A stretch of 64,000 nucleotides of DNA, taken from positions 13,615-77,614 of the forward strand of contig JAZROX010000047.1 in NCBI GenBank assembly GCA_045648945.1, written 5' to 3'. The stretch comes from Candidatus Enterousia sp. Lineage in GTDB: Bacteria > Pseudomonadota > Alphaproteobacteria > Rs-D84. Below the pieces are notes generated by a model. It did not search any database. It had not been told where the DNA came from and saw nothing but the letters and a program-made list of their open reading frames with translations. A program made the position numbers and the translations under genes. Every line of letters begins with the position of its first letter. Position 1 is the stretch's first letter. Shown piece by piece: positions 6,401-15,352 of the stretch.

Positions 6401-9316
6401 ATGCAAAAAAAATTTCATAATGTTTTGTTGGGTATTTCCGTGCTGCCGGCGTTAATGATAATGCCTGCGATGGGATATGATATTGTTGATAATATTGATT
6501 TAAATACCGTGTTTGAAGATGGGGTCATAACGGAAGAGTTATATTCTGGGGATGCCAAGGTTGGCACCTTGACGACGCCGAGTATAACTATAACAGGTGA
6601 TGAAAGTATTAAATATTTGGTCCTTGTTGAAGGCGAAGGTTCGGGCCTTAATCTGGGAACGGCGGAAAATCCCGTTGGATCTATCAATATTACGAATGTT
6701 GGGGATAATTCAAGGGGTATAACCGTTTGGGATGGCGGTGTGGCCAATATATACGGCAAAAATATAAATATTACCGCAGATGCCCAAGGCTTTACTACGT
6801 GGGGCAATTATACAGAAAATCTTGCCGGGTCTGCCACTATGGTTGGAGATAATATAAATATTACCGCCAGTAATGCGATAATGGTAAATGAAACCACAAA
6901 TTTGGAAATACGGGCCAAAGATATTAATCTTTCCGGCGATAATGGTATTTCTGTTTGGACCGGGGTTGAGGAAGATGACGATGGAAATGTGCTTTCGTAT
7001 TATCCTGGTTCTGGGGGAAAAGTACGGATTGATACAGGTGATTTAACAATTAATTCCACCGAAACGGGAATTGGTGCTAACTATATGAAATCTCAGGTTA
7101 CTGTTAATGCAGAAGGTGATGTGAATATTGTTGCACATGGTTCGGATGATACGCGTGCGATTCATGTGGGAAATTCTACCACAAATCCGGATATAGCAAA
7201 AGAAGATACCAGTTTTGTTTCAATCAAAGCGAAAAATATCAATTTAACCGCGGACAATATAGGTGTTTCCGCGATGAGTAATGGTTGGGTTGATTTGGAT
7301 GGTAATGTAACCATCAAGGCACGTGATGCGATTCTGGCGCGTGGTCAGTCAACCGTTAATGTTAATGAATCTGGAAAAAACACGGTAAAAATGGACGGAA
7401 ACCTGGCGTTTGATTATTACGGCGCAAATTCTGGTTCGGAAATAGATGCAAAAGTTAATGTTGTTTTGAATGGTGCGGATTCATATTGGACCGGTAACAC
7501 AGTGGTCAGCTATGGTTATTATATCGCATATCAGAAAGATGGCGAAGGTAATCCATTAACCGATGAAAATGATGAGTTAGTTGTTTACAGATCTACAAAA
7601 CCAACAAATGTAAAGATGCAAGTCAATTCTTCTGATGTCACTTTACAGAATGGGGCGGTGTGGAATGCAACCAAGATTACGGATTATGAAAATGTAGTTA
7701 GAGGCATTCAGAGAATAGGCACGGTTGATTACCCCGCGGATTTGTATGAAGGTGTGTATTACAACGCATTGAACAATCTTACAATTAACAATGGGACGGT
7801 AAATATCGCCGATATGGATCGTGGAATCGTTGTTGAAAATGCAAATATTGCCGACGCGACGTTTAATGGTGGCGTTTTGAATGTCAAGGATACACTTAAT
7901 GTAACCGCCGGAACCAGTGTGTTTAACACAGATGTCGCCGGAAATGGGACTTTGACGATTGCCAATGGCGCCACGGTGGATGTTGGAACGCAAAATATTG
8001 CAATCAAAAAAATCGTGTTAAACGGAACGATGAATGCGAAGCTTAATGATACAAATGATTTCGTAAAGTTTAATGTGTCTGATTCCTTTGATGGGGCCGG
8101 GACATTGAACCTGAGTCTGTATAACACCGGTGAATACAAAATCTTTGACGTGGCGACGTTCGATAATCGCAAGATTAATATAAATGTGTCTTCGGTTTTG
8201 TTTGATTATGTTTGGAATGATGACTTGGATACGCTTAGCGTAAGTATGAAGAGCGTTGAGGAAATTGCCGAAGATAATGGACTGAGTGGTGAGGCCGCCG
8301 CGACCGTTACGAATTTGGTGAATTCTTCATCCGAAAAACTGAACGCGTTGGCCGATGCCATCCAAGACAGCCTGGCCGCGGGTGATACGGGTGCGGTTGA
8401 ACACGCACATGCGGCGATTAACCCGGAAACAGAATCGGTTGTGCAATCTGTGGCGGCGTCCATCCAGAACACAGTTGCGAATTTGACGACCGGTCGTTTG
8501 GCCGCGGTGTCAATGGGCCGCAGTGGTGGTGATGTAGATATCACGGGTGTCGGTGTTTGGGCCCAAGGTATTTACAACAAGTCCAAACAGAATGGTGCGT
8601 TTAATGGTTATACCCGCAGTGTTGCCGCCGGTGTTGATATGACACTGAATCGTGCGTGGATGTTGGGTGCCGGTTATTCGTATGCACACTCTGATATTTC
8701 GGGGACCGCGCGTAATACCGATGTAGATAGTTCGACCATATTCGTGTATGGCCAATACAAACCGACGGCATGGTTTGTGAACGCAATGGCGAATTATACG
8801 ATGTCTGATTACAGCGAACGTGGCAGCGCACTGGGTGCAGGCGTTGCGGCGGATTATGATGTCCGTGCGTGGGGTGGCCATGTTATGACCGGATATGACT
8901 TCGCGGGCGGAATCACACCGGCAATCGGGTTGCGTTATATGCACGTTAGCGCGGATGATTACAAGAACTCGTTGGGTATCAAGAATTCATTGAAAGATTC
9001 TGATTATCTGACCGCGGTCTTGGATACGCGTTGGAACTATGACGCGAAACTTGGCAAGGATTGGATTTTGAGTCCGGAATTGCACTATGCGGTTAAATAT
9101 GATTTAGTATCCGATGAAAATACCGCGACGGTTTTGATGCCGGGTGTCAATTCGTATGTGATGGATGGAACCCGTCTGTCGCGTATTGGCGCAGAATTCG
9201 GTGCGGGTTTGGGTGTAAAATATCGCGGGGTTGATTTGACATTGAACTATGACATTGAACTGCGCGAAGGTTATACATCGCAAACCGGCCGTGTCAAGGC
9301 AAGATATGAATTCTAG
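6401..9316 (+). CDS. autotransporter (type Va) with repetitive beta-helix passenger and C-terminal beta-barrel (about 8540-9313)
   Basis: 971 aa with signal peptide MQKKFHNVLLGISVLPALMIMPAMG. Repeated NINITA/INLT/VTI rungs. Barrel region GVGVWAQGIYNKSKQ...AGYSYAHSD...RVKARYEF with terminal Phe. Confidence 0.85.
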   Translation: MQKKFHNVLLGISVLPALMIMPAMGYDIVDNIDLNTVFEDGVITEELYSGDAKVGTLTTPSITITGDESIKYLVLVEGEGSGLNLGTAENPVGSINITNVGDNSRGITVWDGGVANIYGKNINITADAQGFTTWGNYTENLAGSATMVGDNINITASNAIMVNETTNLEIRAKDINLSGDNGISVWTGVEEDDDGNVLSYYPGSGGKVRIDTGDLTINSTETGIGANYMKSQVTVNAEGDVNIVAHGSDDTRAIHVGNSTTNPDIAKEDTSFVSIKAKNINLTADNIGVSAMSNGWVDLDGNVTIKARDAILARGQSTVNVNESGKNTVKMDGNLAFDYYGANSGSEIDAKVNVVLNGADSYWTGNTVVSYGYYIAYQKDGEGNPLTDENDELVVYRSTKPTNVKMQVNSSDVTLQNGAVWNATKITDYENVVRGIQRIGTVDYPADLYEGVYYNALNNLTINNGTVNIADMDRGIVVENANIADATFNGGVLNVKDTLNVTAGTSVFNTDVAGNGTLTIANGATVDVGTQNIAIKKIVLNGTMNAKLNDTNDFVKFNVSDSFDGAGTLNLSLYNTGEYKIFDVATFDNRKININVSSVLFDYVWNDDLDTLSVSMKSVEEIAEDNGLSGEAAATVTNLVNSSSEKLNALADAIQDSLAAGDTGAVEHAHAAINPETESVVQSVAASIQNTVANLTTGRLAAVSMGRSGGDVDITGVGVWAQGIYNKSKQNGAFNGYTRSVAAGVDMTLNRAWMLGAGYSYAHSDISGTARNTDVDSSTIFVYGQYKPTAWFVNAMANYTMSDYSERGSALGAGVAADYDVRAWGGHVMTGYDFAGGITPAIGLRYMHVSADDYKNSLGIKNSLKDSDYLTAVLDTRWNYDAKLGKDWILSPELHYAVKYDLVSDENTATVLMPGVNSYVMDGTRLSRIGAEFGAGLGVKYRGVDLTLNYDIELREGYTSQTGRVKARYEF

Positions 9317-9341
9317 TGTTTAGTGAGAGAGAGTGGTTAAT

Positions 9342-9371
9342 AAAACACCGGCGATTGCCGGTGTTTTTTTA
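9342..9371. terminator. rho-independent terminator, bidirectional (autotransporter / ccrM)
   Basis: AAAACACCGGC-GATT-GCCGGTGTTTTTTT sits between convergent genes. Confidence 0.75.
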
Positions 9372-9390
9372 TAAAAGTATTGCCACATGT

Positions 9391-10491
9391 TTATGCGGCC
9401 CGTTTGATTCCGGTTTTTATGTTGCGGACATATTTGCGCAGTTCGTCGATTGAAACCAATGTGCCGTCGCGTTTTTCCGCCGACCAATAATCCCAACCAT
9501 TAAAACTGGTGCAATGTTGGATACGTGCCGCCATAACGTGAATGGATGCGCGACCGTAAATTCCATGGACCAGATTTCCGTCCGCCGAAATCATAACGCG
9601 TTCACCGCGCGGACTTACCAATGTTTGACCGACATAGAGTAGGCCGCCATCAATAAGTTCGCGGAATGCAACACGCACTTCGTCGCGTTTGGGTTTGGAG
9701 ACCTCGATATCAGATAAATCAATCGGTGTTACGTGTGCGACGCGTTCGCGTGCCGCATTAACATAGGATTCTTCGCGGTCAATACCGATAAATTGCCGGC
9801 CAAGTTCACGTGCCGCCGCCGCCGTTGTCCCCGATCCAACAAATGGATCCAAAATAATGTCGCCCGGTTTAGTTGACGCCAAAATAACGCGACGCAATAA
9901 ATCCATCGGTTTTTGTGTGTTGTGCAGGCTTTTCCCGTCCGCGGCCTTTAACCGTTCTTCGCCCAGGCATATATTCATATCCCAATCGGAACGCATTTGT
10001 TTGCCGCCGTTTAATTTTTTCATTGTTTCGTAATTGAAAGTGTATTTCCCGGTCTTGTGTGGCGTTGCCCATATCAGTGTTTCATGCGCGTTTGTAAAAC
10101 GGGTGCCACGGAAATTTGGCATAGGATTGGTCTTGACCCAAACAATATCGTTCAAAATCCAGAAACCAAGTTCCTGCATAATTGCGCCAACCTGGAAAAT
10201 ATTATGATACGAACCAATTGTCCACATTGCACCATCAGGTCGCAGAACACGCCGGCATTCCGACAACCATTCGCGTGAAAATTTATTATATTCCGCCGGT
10301 GACGCAAACGCGTCCCAATCGTCACGCACCGCACGCGCGGCGGTTTGGTCTTCGGGACGATAAAGTGTTTTTTGTCCCAATTGCAGGTTATATGGCGGGT
10401 CGGCAAATACCGCGTCAATTGAACCATCGGGAATATTGCGCATAATTTCCACGCAGTCACCAAGCAAAATCTGGTTCAGGTATTTGTTCAC
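9391..10491 (-). CDS. ccrM: CcrM-type beta-class N6-adenine DNA methyltransferase
   Basis: 366 aa with GTG start after GAGGGAG. ILLGDCVEIMRNIPDGSIDAVFADPPYN (DPPY) precedes FVGSGTTAAAARELGRQFIGID (FxGxG). A C-terminal extra domain is present, as in CcrM. Confidence 0.85.
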   Translation of the reverse strand: MNKYLNQILLGDCVEIMRNIPDGSIDAVFADPPYNLQLGQKTLYRPEDQTAARAVRDDWDAFASPAEYNKFSREWLSECRRVLRPDGAMWTIGSYHNIFQVGAIMQELGFWILNDIVWVKTNPMPNFRGTRFTNAHETLIWATPHKTGKYTFNYETMKKLNGGKQMRSDWDMNICLGEERLKAADGKSLHNTQKPMDLLRRVILASTKPGDIILDPFVGSGTTAAAARELGRQFIGIDREESYVNAARERVAHVTPIDLSDIEVSKPKRDEVRVAFRELIDGGLLYVGQTLVSPRGERVMISADGNLVHGIYGRASIHVMAARIQHCTSFNGWDYWSAEKRDGTLVSIDELRKYVRNIKTGIKRAA

Positions 10492-10651
10492 TTTTTCTCC
10501 CTCAATGACGATATTATATCATATTTCGGTGGTGAAAAATTTGGCGCAAATGCATAAAAATAAAAAAAAGGCCTTGATTTTTTATAAAAATGCAATTTTT
10601 TGAAAATAAAATCACTTTACACGCGATGAATAGATTGCTAAATTATTAGGC

Positions 10652-11152
10652 ATGAGATGTCCATATTGTAATTATGCAGATAGTCGGGTCGCAGATTCGC
10701 GCCCGGACATGGAGAGTGGAACAATCCGCCGTCGGCGGGTTTGTAACCAATGTGGCGCAAAGTTCACCACCGTTGAACGCGTGCAGATGCGCGATTTGGT
10801 CGTGCGGAAAAACAGTGGGAAAACCGAACCGTTCGATCGCGATAAACTGCGGCGCAGTATAAAATTGGCGTGCCATAATCGCGAGGTTGGCGATGAACAA
10901 ATTGAACGTTTGGTTGCATCAATTCAACGTCGATTGGAAACGGAAGGTGCCGACGATATGGTAACGAGTAGCCAAATTGGTGAAATGGTTTCTGATTCTT
11001 TGTTGAATTTGGATCCAATTGCGTTTGTGCGTTTTGTTTCGGTGTATCGCAAGTTTTCCAAGATTTCAGATTTCAAAAAGATTATAGATACAATTCCAGA
11101 AATTACAGACGAAACGATTGTTTGCAAATTACCAAAGACCACTTTGTTTTAA
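10652..11152 (+). CDS. nrdR: transcriptional repressor NrdR
   Basis: MRCPYCNYADSRVADSRP...RRRRVCNQCGAKFTTVERV zinc ribbon plus ATP-cone-length tail. Confidence 0.95.
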   Translation: MRCPYCNYADSRVADSRPDMESGTIRRRRVCNQCGAKFTTVERVQMRDLVVRKNSGKTEPFDRDKLRRSIKLACHNREVGDEQIERLVASIQRRLETEGADDMVTSSQIGEMVSDSLLNLDPIAFVRFVSVYRKFSKISDFKKIIDTIPEITDETIVCKLPKTTLF

Positions 11153-11167
11153 AGGGATTTTAAGGGG

Positions 11168-12889
11168 ATGAGAAAATTATTAGTGTTTGCTTTTGCGATT
11201 GTCGCGTGCCGGGTGGCGGTTGCCGCGCCGGATATTGACGTATTATCTGATGCGGATGAAAGTTTGTATTCGCAAATCTTTATGTTGCAAGATGCAGAGA
11301 AAATTTCGACTGCGCAAAATTTGGAACGTCAATTGTCCGATCCGATTTTGAAAAATGAAATTTTATATCAGCGTTATTTTTCAAAAACATATCATACTAA
11401 AAGTGCCGAGGTTAAGGCGTGGATGGATAAATACAATGATATGCCGGGTGCGACGCGCATGGAAAAACTTTCTAAGTTGAAAAAAGTTTCGGTAAAATCT
11501 GCGCGTGTGCCAAGTATGTTGACCGGTGGGTTGTCTATTGAAACGGCGCAATCAGAAACATGGACGGCAAAAGAATATTCGGGTTCGATAAATAAAAAAA
11601 TAAATAAATTTAAAAAGGCGATTCGCAGCGGCAGTACGAAAACCGCAAGAAATATATTAGAAGAACGTTCGTTCAAAAAGAAACTGACCGAATCGGATTA
11701 TGGACGCCTGGCCGGGCGGTTGGCATATGTGTATTATACAAATGGCGAATATGAATTGGCGAAAAAATGGGGGTTCGTCGCGTCCGATGCGGAATCTGAA
11801 TACGGATTGTGGACGATGGGGTTGCTGTATTTCAAAGAAGAAAAGTATAAAGAAAGCGAAAAATATTTTGGCCGCATTTTGAAATTAAAACAGATAAATA
11901 ATGCACGCAAGACCGAGGCCGCGTTTTGGGCGGGGCGTGCGGCGTCTATGCGGGGCGATGGTGGCAAGGCGGATGAATATTGGACGATTGCGGCGGCACA
12001 TCCGATGGCATTTTATGGGGCGTTGGCGGCGACCATGATGGGAAATGTGCCGGAATATGAATTCTTTGAACAAGAATTTACCGAAGAAGATATTGATGAA
12101 CTGCGTGGCGATCGGTATGGAAAAATCGCGTTGGCGTTGCTTCAGGTGAATCGTCGTGAACGTGCGGAAGAATACCTTAAATACATGATGACGTCCAAGG
12201 TCAGCGATAGAAGTCTGCACGCCATAAACGCGATTGCGACGACATTTGGTTTGTCGCGTGTTGCGATTTTGGCGTCGGGTGTGATACGTGACCGCGGTAT
12301 TTTGGAAATTGATGATGATGTTATTTATTCTGCGCAATACCCGTTGCCGGATTGGGAACCGATGGGCGGGTGGTCCATTGATAGGGCGTTATTGTTGGCG
12401 ATTATTAAACAAGAAAGTGGTTTTCGGACGGGCGCAAAATCGGGTGCGGGCGCGAACGGCGTTATGCAAATTATGCCCGGCACCGCAAAGTTGGTTGCGC
12501 GCGCGAACAAGGTTAAAATGTCCGATATAGATATGTCAAACCCCGAACACAATATGTTCTTGGGGCAACAGCATATTGTAGATTTATTGATGCATCCGAA
12601 TATCAACAACAACATTATTAAAATGTTGGCGGCGTATAATGCGGGTATGGGGTCGGTGGTAAAGTTCGAAAAATCTTTTACGACAAACGACCCGTTGCTC
12701 TATATCGAAAGTTTTCCGGCGTATGAAACGCGCGGTTATATCAAACGCGTGATGGCGAATTTGTGGCTTTATCGTGCGCGATTGGGCCAGCCTTTGACGA
12801 CATTGAAAGTATTGGCGGATTCCGATTGGCCGTTGTATAATAGTGAAGATGAATACGTGCGTGTCGAAGATATTCCGTATTCTATTTAA
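11168..12889 (+). CDS. soluble lytic murein transglycosylase-like protein (SLT domain)
   Basis: Signal peptide. IIKQESGFRTGAKSGAGANGVMQIMPGTA and AAYNAG motifs. Confidence 0.85.
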   Translation: MRKLLVFAFAIVACRVAVAAPDIDVLSDADESLYSQIFMLQDAEKISTAQNLERQLSDPILKNEILYQRYFSKTYHTKSAEVKAWMDKYNDMPGATRMEKLSKLKKVSVKSARVPSMLTGGLSIETAQSETWTAKEYSGSINKKINKFKKAIRSGSTKTARNILEERSFKKKLTESDYGRLAGRLAYVYYTNGEYELAKKWGFVASDAESEYGLWTMGLLYFKEEKYKESEKYFGRILKLKQINNARKTEAAFWAGRAASMRGDGGKADEYWTIAAAHPMAFYGALAATMMGNVPEYEFFEQEFTEEDIDELRGDRYGKIALALLQVNRRERAEEYLKYMMTSKVSDRSLHAINAIATTFGLSRVAILASGVIRDRGILEIDDDVIYSAQYPLPDWEPMGGWSIDRALLLAIIKQESGFRTGAKSGAGANGVMQIMPGTAKLVARANKVKMSDIDMSNPEHNMFLGQQHIVDLLMHPNINNNIIKMLAAYNAGMGSVVKFEKSFTTNDPLLYIESFPAYETRGYIKRVMANLWLYRARLGQPLTTLKVLADSDWPLYNSEDEYVRVEDIPYSI

Positions 12890-12898
12890 TGGTGCGAT

Positions 12899-13519
12899 AT
12901 GGTAACGGTGGCGGATTTTTCCATTGAAAATGAGATTGGTGCGGAATTTATTGCCGGTGTAGACGAGGCCGGACGTGGTCCACTTTGTGGCCCGGTTGTT
13001 GCGGCGGCGGTGATATTTCCGAATCGTGATATCGAAATTCCGGTGGTGATACGTGATTCTAAAAAAATGTCGGCGCATCAAAGGGCACTCGCGTATGATT
13101 GGATAACAAAAAACACAATCTGGGCGACCGGTCAATGCAGTCCGGCGGAAATTGACGAATTGAATATCCTTTGGGCGTCTATGCGTGCGATGGAACGTGC
13201 GGTCGCATCGCTTTCCCGCGCGCCGGAAATTTGTTTAATTGACGGGAACCGCGTGCCGAAAAATTTGCGGGGCAGGGCGATTATAAAGGGTGATGCAAAA
13301 TCACTTTCTATTGCGGCGGCGTCAATTATTGCCAAAGAAACGCGTGATAAAATTATGCATGAACTTGCACAAAAATTTCCCGAATATGGGTGGGATAAAA
13401 ATGCGGGGTACCCCACCGCAGAACATTTGTCGGCAATTGAAAAATATGGCGTGACGGAACATCATCGGCGGACGTTTGGACCGGTCAAAAAATGCCTGGA
13501 ATCCCGCGAAAATTCTTGA
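12899..13519 (+). CDS. rnhB: ribonuclease HII
   Basis: GVDEAGRGPLCGPVVAAAV...IIGDAKSLSIAAASIIAK. Confidence 0.93.
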   Translation: MVTVADFSIENEIGAEFIAGVDEAGRGPLCGPVVAAAVIFPNRDIEIPVVIRDSKKMSAHQRALAYDWITKNTIWATGQCSPAEIDELNILWASMRAMERAVASLSRAPEICLIDGNRVPKNLRGRAIIKGDAKSLSIAAASIIAKETRDKIMHELAQKFPEYGWDKNAGYPTAEHLSAIEKYGVTEHHRRTFGPVKKCLESRENS

Positions 13520-13545
13520 CTTTTTGTGTTTTTTTTTGGTACAAT
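13516..13545 (+). promoter_or_regulatory. sigma70-like promoter TTGACT-N18-TACAAT for the small-ORF array
   Basis: TTGACT at 13516-13521 and TACAAT at 13540-13545, about 33 nt upstream of ATG 13578. Confidence 0.5.
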
Positions 13546-13577
13546 TTTTGTGCCAAAAAAAAGTAAAGGTTGGTATT

Positions 13578-14276
13578 ATGATAGATTGGTTGAATGTGAT
13601 TAACAAATTGAAAAAAGAAAAACCAGATTTGTATTTCACGCGGGTCTGTCGTCCATTGCCGGAATGGTGTCCGGATCATGTTATTACGCATCGTTCGGAT
13701 GGTGTTCCATACGGATATTATGAAATCCGGGAATCTTCGATGGGGCCGATAATGTTATATGTTGAACAGCAATCGGTCTATTCGAGAGATGTCGAGATTA
13801 CAATAAAATCGGCTGATTATGGTTGGTGCATATATCGCCGGGATTTTGGCCCCGGTATAATTGGTCATGACAAATGTGACGCGGTGTATGAATTAATAGA
13901 AAAATCAAAACGCCATCCATCAAATATGTCGGCGGAAAACGCAATTGAAAAATGGGAACATTTTTGTGATAATCCAAAGCCCCAGAAAGAAGACGAGAAG
14001 AAACCAATCAAAGGCATAACTGCGTTACAATCTTTTGATGCGATTATGACGGTGGTAAATCGGCACAGACCATATGAACCATCTGATTTTGTACCGGAAA
14101 GCTTTATCCCAGATTTAGTAATCGCGTTGTTGATGACGGCAAATTTTGCGGGGACACCGGCGAAAATAAACACATCTGCGCCCCGGGCAAAACAGGTCGC
14201 GGCCGCCACAAATCAACAATCACAGGCGAACTATATCAATTACCTGACGGCATTACAGAAAGTAAAGGGGTGTTGA
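13578..14276 (+). CDS. hypothetical protein, 232 aa, carries RPYEPSDFVPESFIPDL motif
   Basis: ORF-track frame 13476-14276. Start moved to ATG 13578 (RBS AAAGG), because the upstream part overlaps rnhB and the promoter. Confidence 0.6.
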   Translation: MIDWLNVINKLKKEKPDLYFTRVCRPLPEWCPDHVITHRSDGVPYGYYEIRESSMGPIMLYVEQQSVYSRDVEITIKSADYGWCIYRRDFGPGIIGHDKCDAVYELIEKSKRHPSNMSAENAIEKWEHFCDNPKPQKEDEKKPIKGITALQSFDAIMTVVNRHRPYEPSDFVPESFIPDLVIALLMTANFAGTPAKINTSAPRAKQVAAATNQQSQANYINYLTALQKVKGC

Positions 14277-14290
14277 GATGGAATATAAAA

Positions 14291-14347
14291 AAGAATTTTA
14301 AGGTTTCTGAATGTTTTATTCCGGACCGGCGTGAGAAACACAGATAA
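14291..14347 (+). pseudogene. remnant of a FIPDL-motif gene 3' end
   Basis: Own translation gives ..KNFKVSECFIPDRREKHR*, versus SDFVPKYFIPDLREKQR* at 14481-14531. The same stop+RBS junction follows (AGATAAACAAAAGGA..ATG). Confidence 0.35.
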
Positions 14348-14363
14348 ACAAAAGGATATTAAA

Positions 14364-14531
14364 ATGGCAGAAGAACAATCAATAAAAAGAAAGTCTATAA
14401 TATATACAGATTTTTCAAAGATAGATAAAAATGACCCGCTCATAAAGGCTTTGGAAAAACGCCGTCCATGGGCCTCGTCCGATTTTGTTCCGAAATATTT
14501 TATACCGGACCTGCGTGAAAAACAGAGATAA
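14364..14531 (+). CDS. small hypothetical protein, 55 aa, RPWASSDFVPKYFIPDL motif
   Basis: ATG 14364 preceded by AAAAGGA. Internal Met of track ORF 14331-14531. Confidence 0.5.
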   Translation: MAEEQSIKRKSIIYTDFSKIDKNDPLIKALEKRRPWASSDFVPKYFIPDLREKQR

Positions 14532-14546
14532 ATAAAAGGGATAAAA

Positions 14547-15140
14547 ATGGCGAATAACGATAATTTTGAAAAAGAAAAAATACAATCTGATGACCCGATA
14601 ATCCAAAAATGTTTGGATATTATTCGCAATAAAAAGGTTACGGTAAAAGATTTACCCGATTTGGGCTATTACGACGTGTATCTTGGTAATAAAAAATGTT
14701 TTATGATTCATAAAGATTTTTTGATTGGGGTTGGCACGGTATATACAATGAACATAAATAATCAGGATTACAGATTTTGTGGAAAACGACCAGATTTGAA
14801 AGAATTGCATAGATTATGTGTTTCTACATATAATGAACAATCGCAAGAAAGGAAAAAGAGTACGTTGGATTTCTTGAATGATGTCGACAGAGGCGAAAAA
14901 ACTAAAACCGACAAAAGGCTTTTAACACCGGGACAAAGAACTGGTATTCTGTTTATGTTTGGTGGATTGGCGATAGCGGGTATTATCAGTCCTGCTGTGA
15001 TACGTGGCATACAAGAGAAAAAAACGCAACGCGTGAATAAACAGGTCGAAGCGTATGAAAAAACTTTGCCGGGATATTTGGAACAAAAACAAAATGTCGC
15101 GCGCTATCGTGATAGTTTGATGAATGTGAAAGGAAAATAA
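14547..15140 (+). CDS. hypothetical single-pass membrane protein, family 1 (paralogue of 58021-58596)
   Basis: 197 aa. MANNDNFEKEKIQSDDPIIQKCLDIIR..., TM GILFMFGGLAIAGIISPAVI, tail KKTQRVNKQVEAYEKTLP...YRDSLMNVKGK. Clear identity with 58021-58596. Confidence 0.7.
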   Translation: MANNDNFEKEKIQSDDPIIQKCLDIIRNKKVTVKDLPDLGYYDVYLGNKKCFMIHKDFLIGVGTVYTMNINNQDYRFCGKRPDLKELHRLCVSTYNEQSQERKKSTLDFLNDVDRGEKTKTDKRLLTPGQRTGILFMFGGLAIAGIISPAVIRGIQEKKTQRVNKQVEAYEKTLPGYLEQKQNVARYRDSLMNVKGK

Positions 15141-15153
15141 AAAAGGAGAAAAA

Positions 15154-15339
15154 ATGAAAAAGAAAAAAATTTTGCCCGGAATAGACGAATACCTGATGAT
15201 AGTTGTGAAGTCTGCATTGATAACAATTATGTTGTTGTGTACCGGCGACGGGTCAAAACCGCGTGGTCGGGAACAAATTCCGCCGAAACAAAATATCGAA
15301 AACTATCGTGACAGTTTGATGAATGTAAAAGAAAGATAA
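15154..15339 (+). CDS. small ORF, 61 aa, hydrophobic, C-terminal tail copy (NYRDSLMNVKER)
   Basis: RBS AAAAGGAG. Its tail duplicates the end of 14547-15140. May be a partial duplicate rather than a functional gene. Confidence 0.4.
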   Translation: MKKKKILPGIDEYLMIVVKSALITIMLLCTGDGSKPRGREQIPPKQNIENYRDSLMNVKER

Positions 15340-15352
15340 AAAGGAAGGGAAA

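Noticed and set aside
14547-14590. N-terminus ANNDNFE resembling an alphaproteobacterial tmRNA tag (A-N-D-N-F-A-E.. as I recall); also at 58021
   Set aside because: It is preceded by a normal RBS and ATG and continues as a 190-aa ORF with a paralogue. There is no tRNA-like domain and no ..LAA stop ending.
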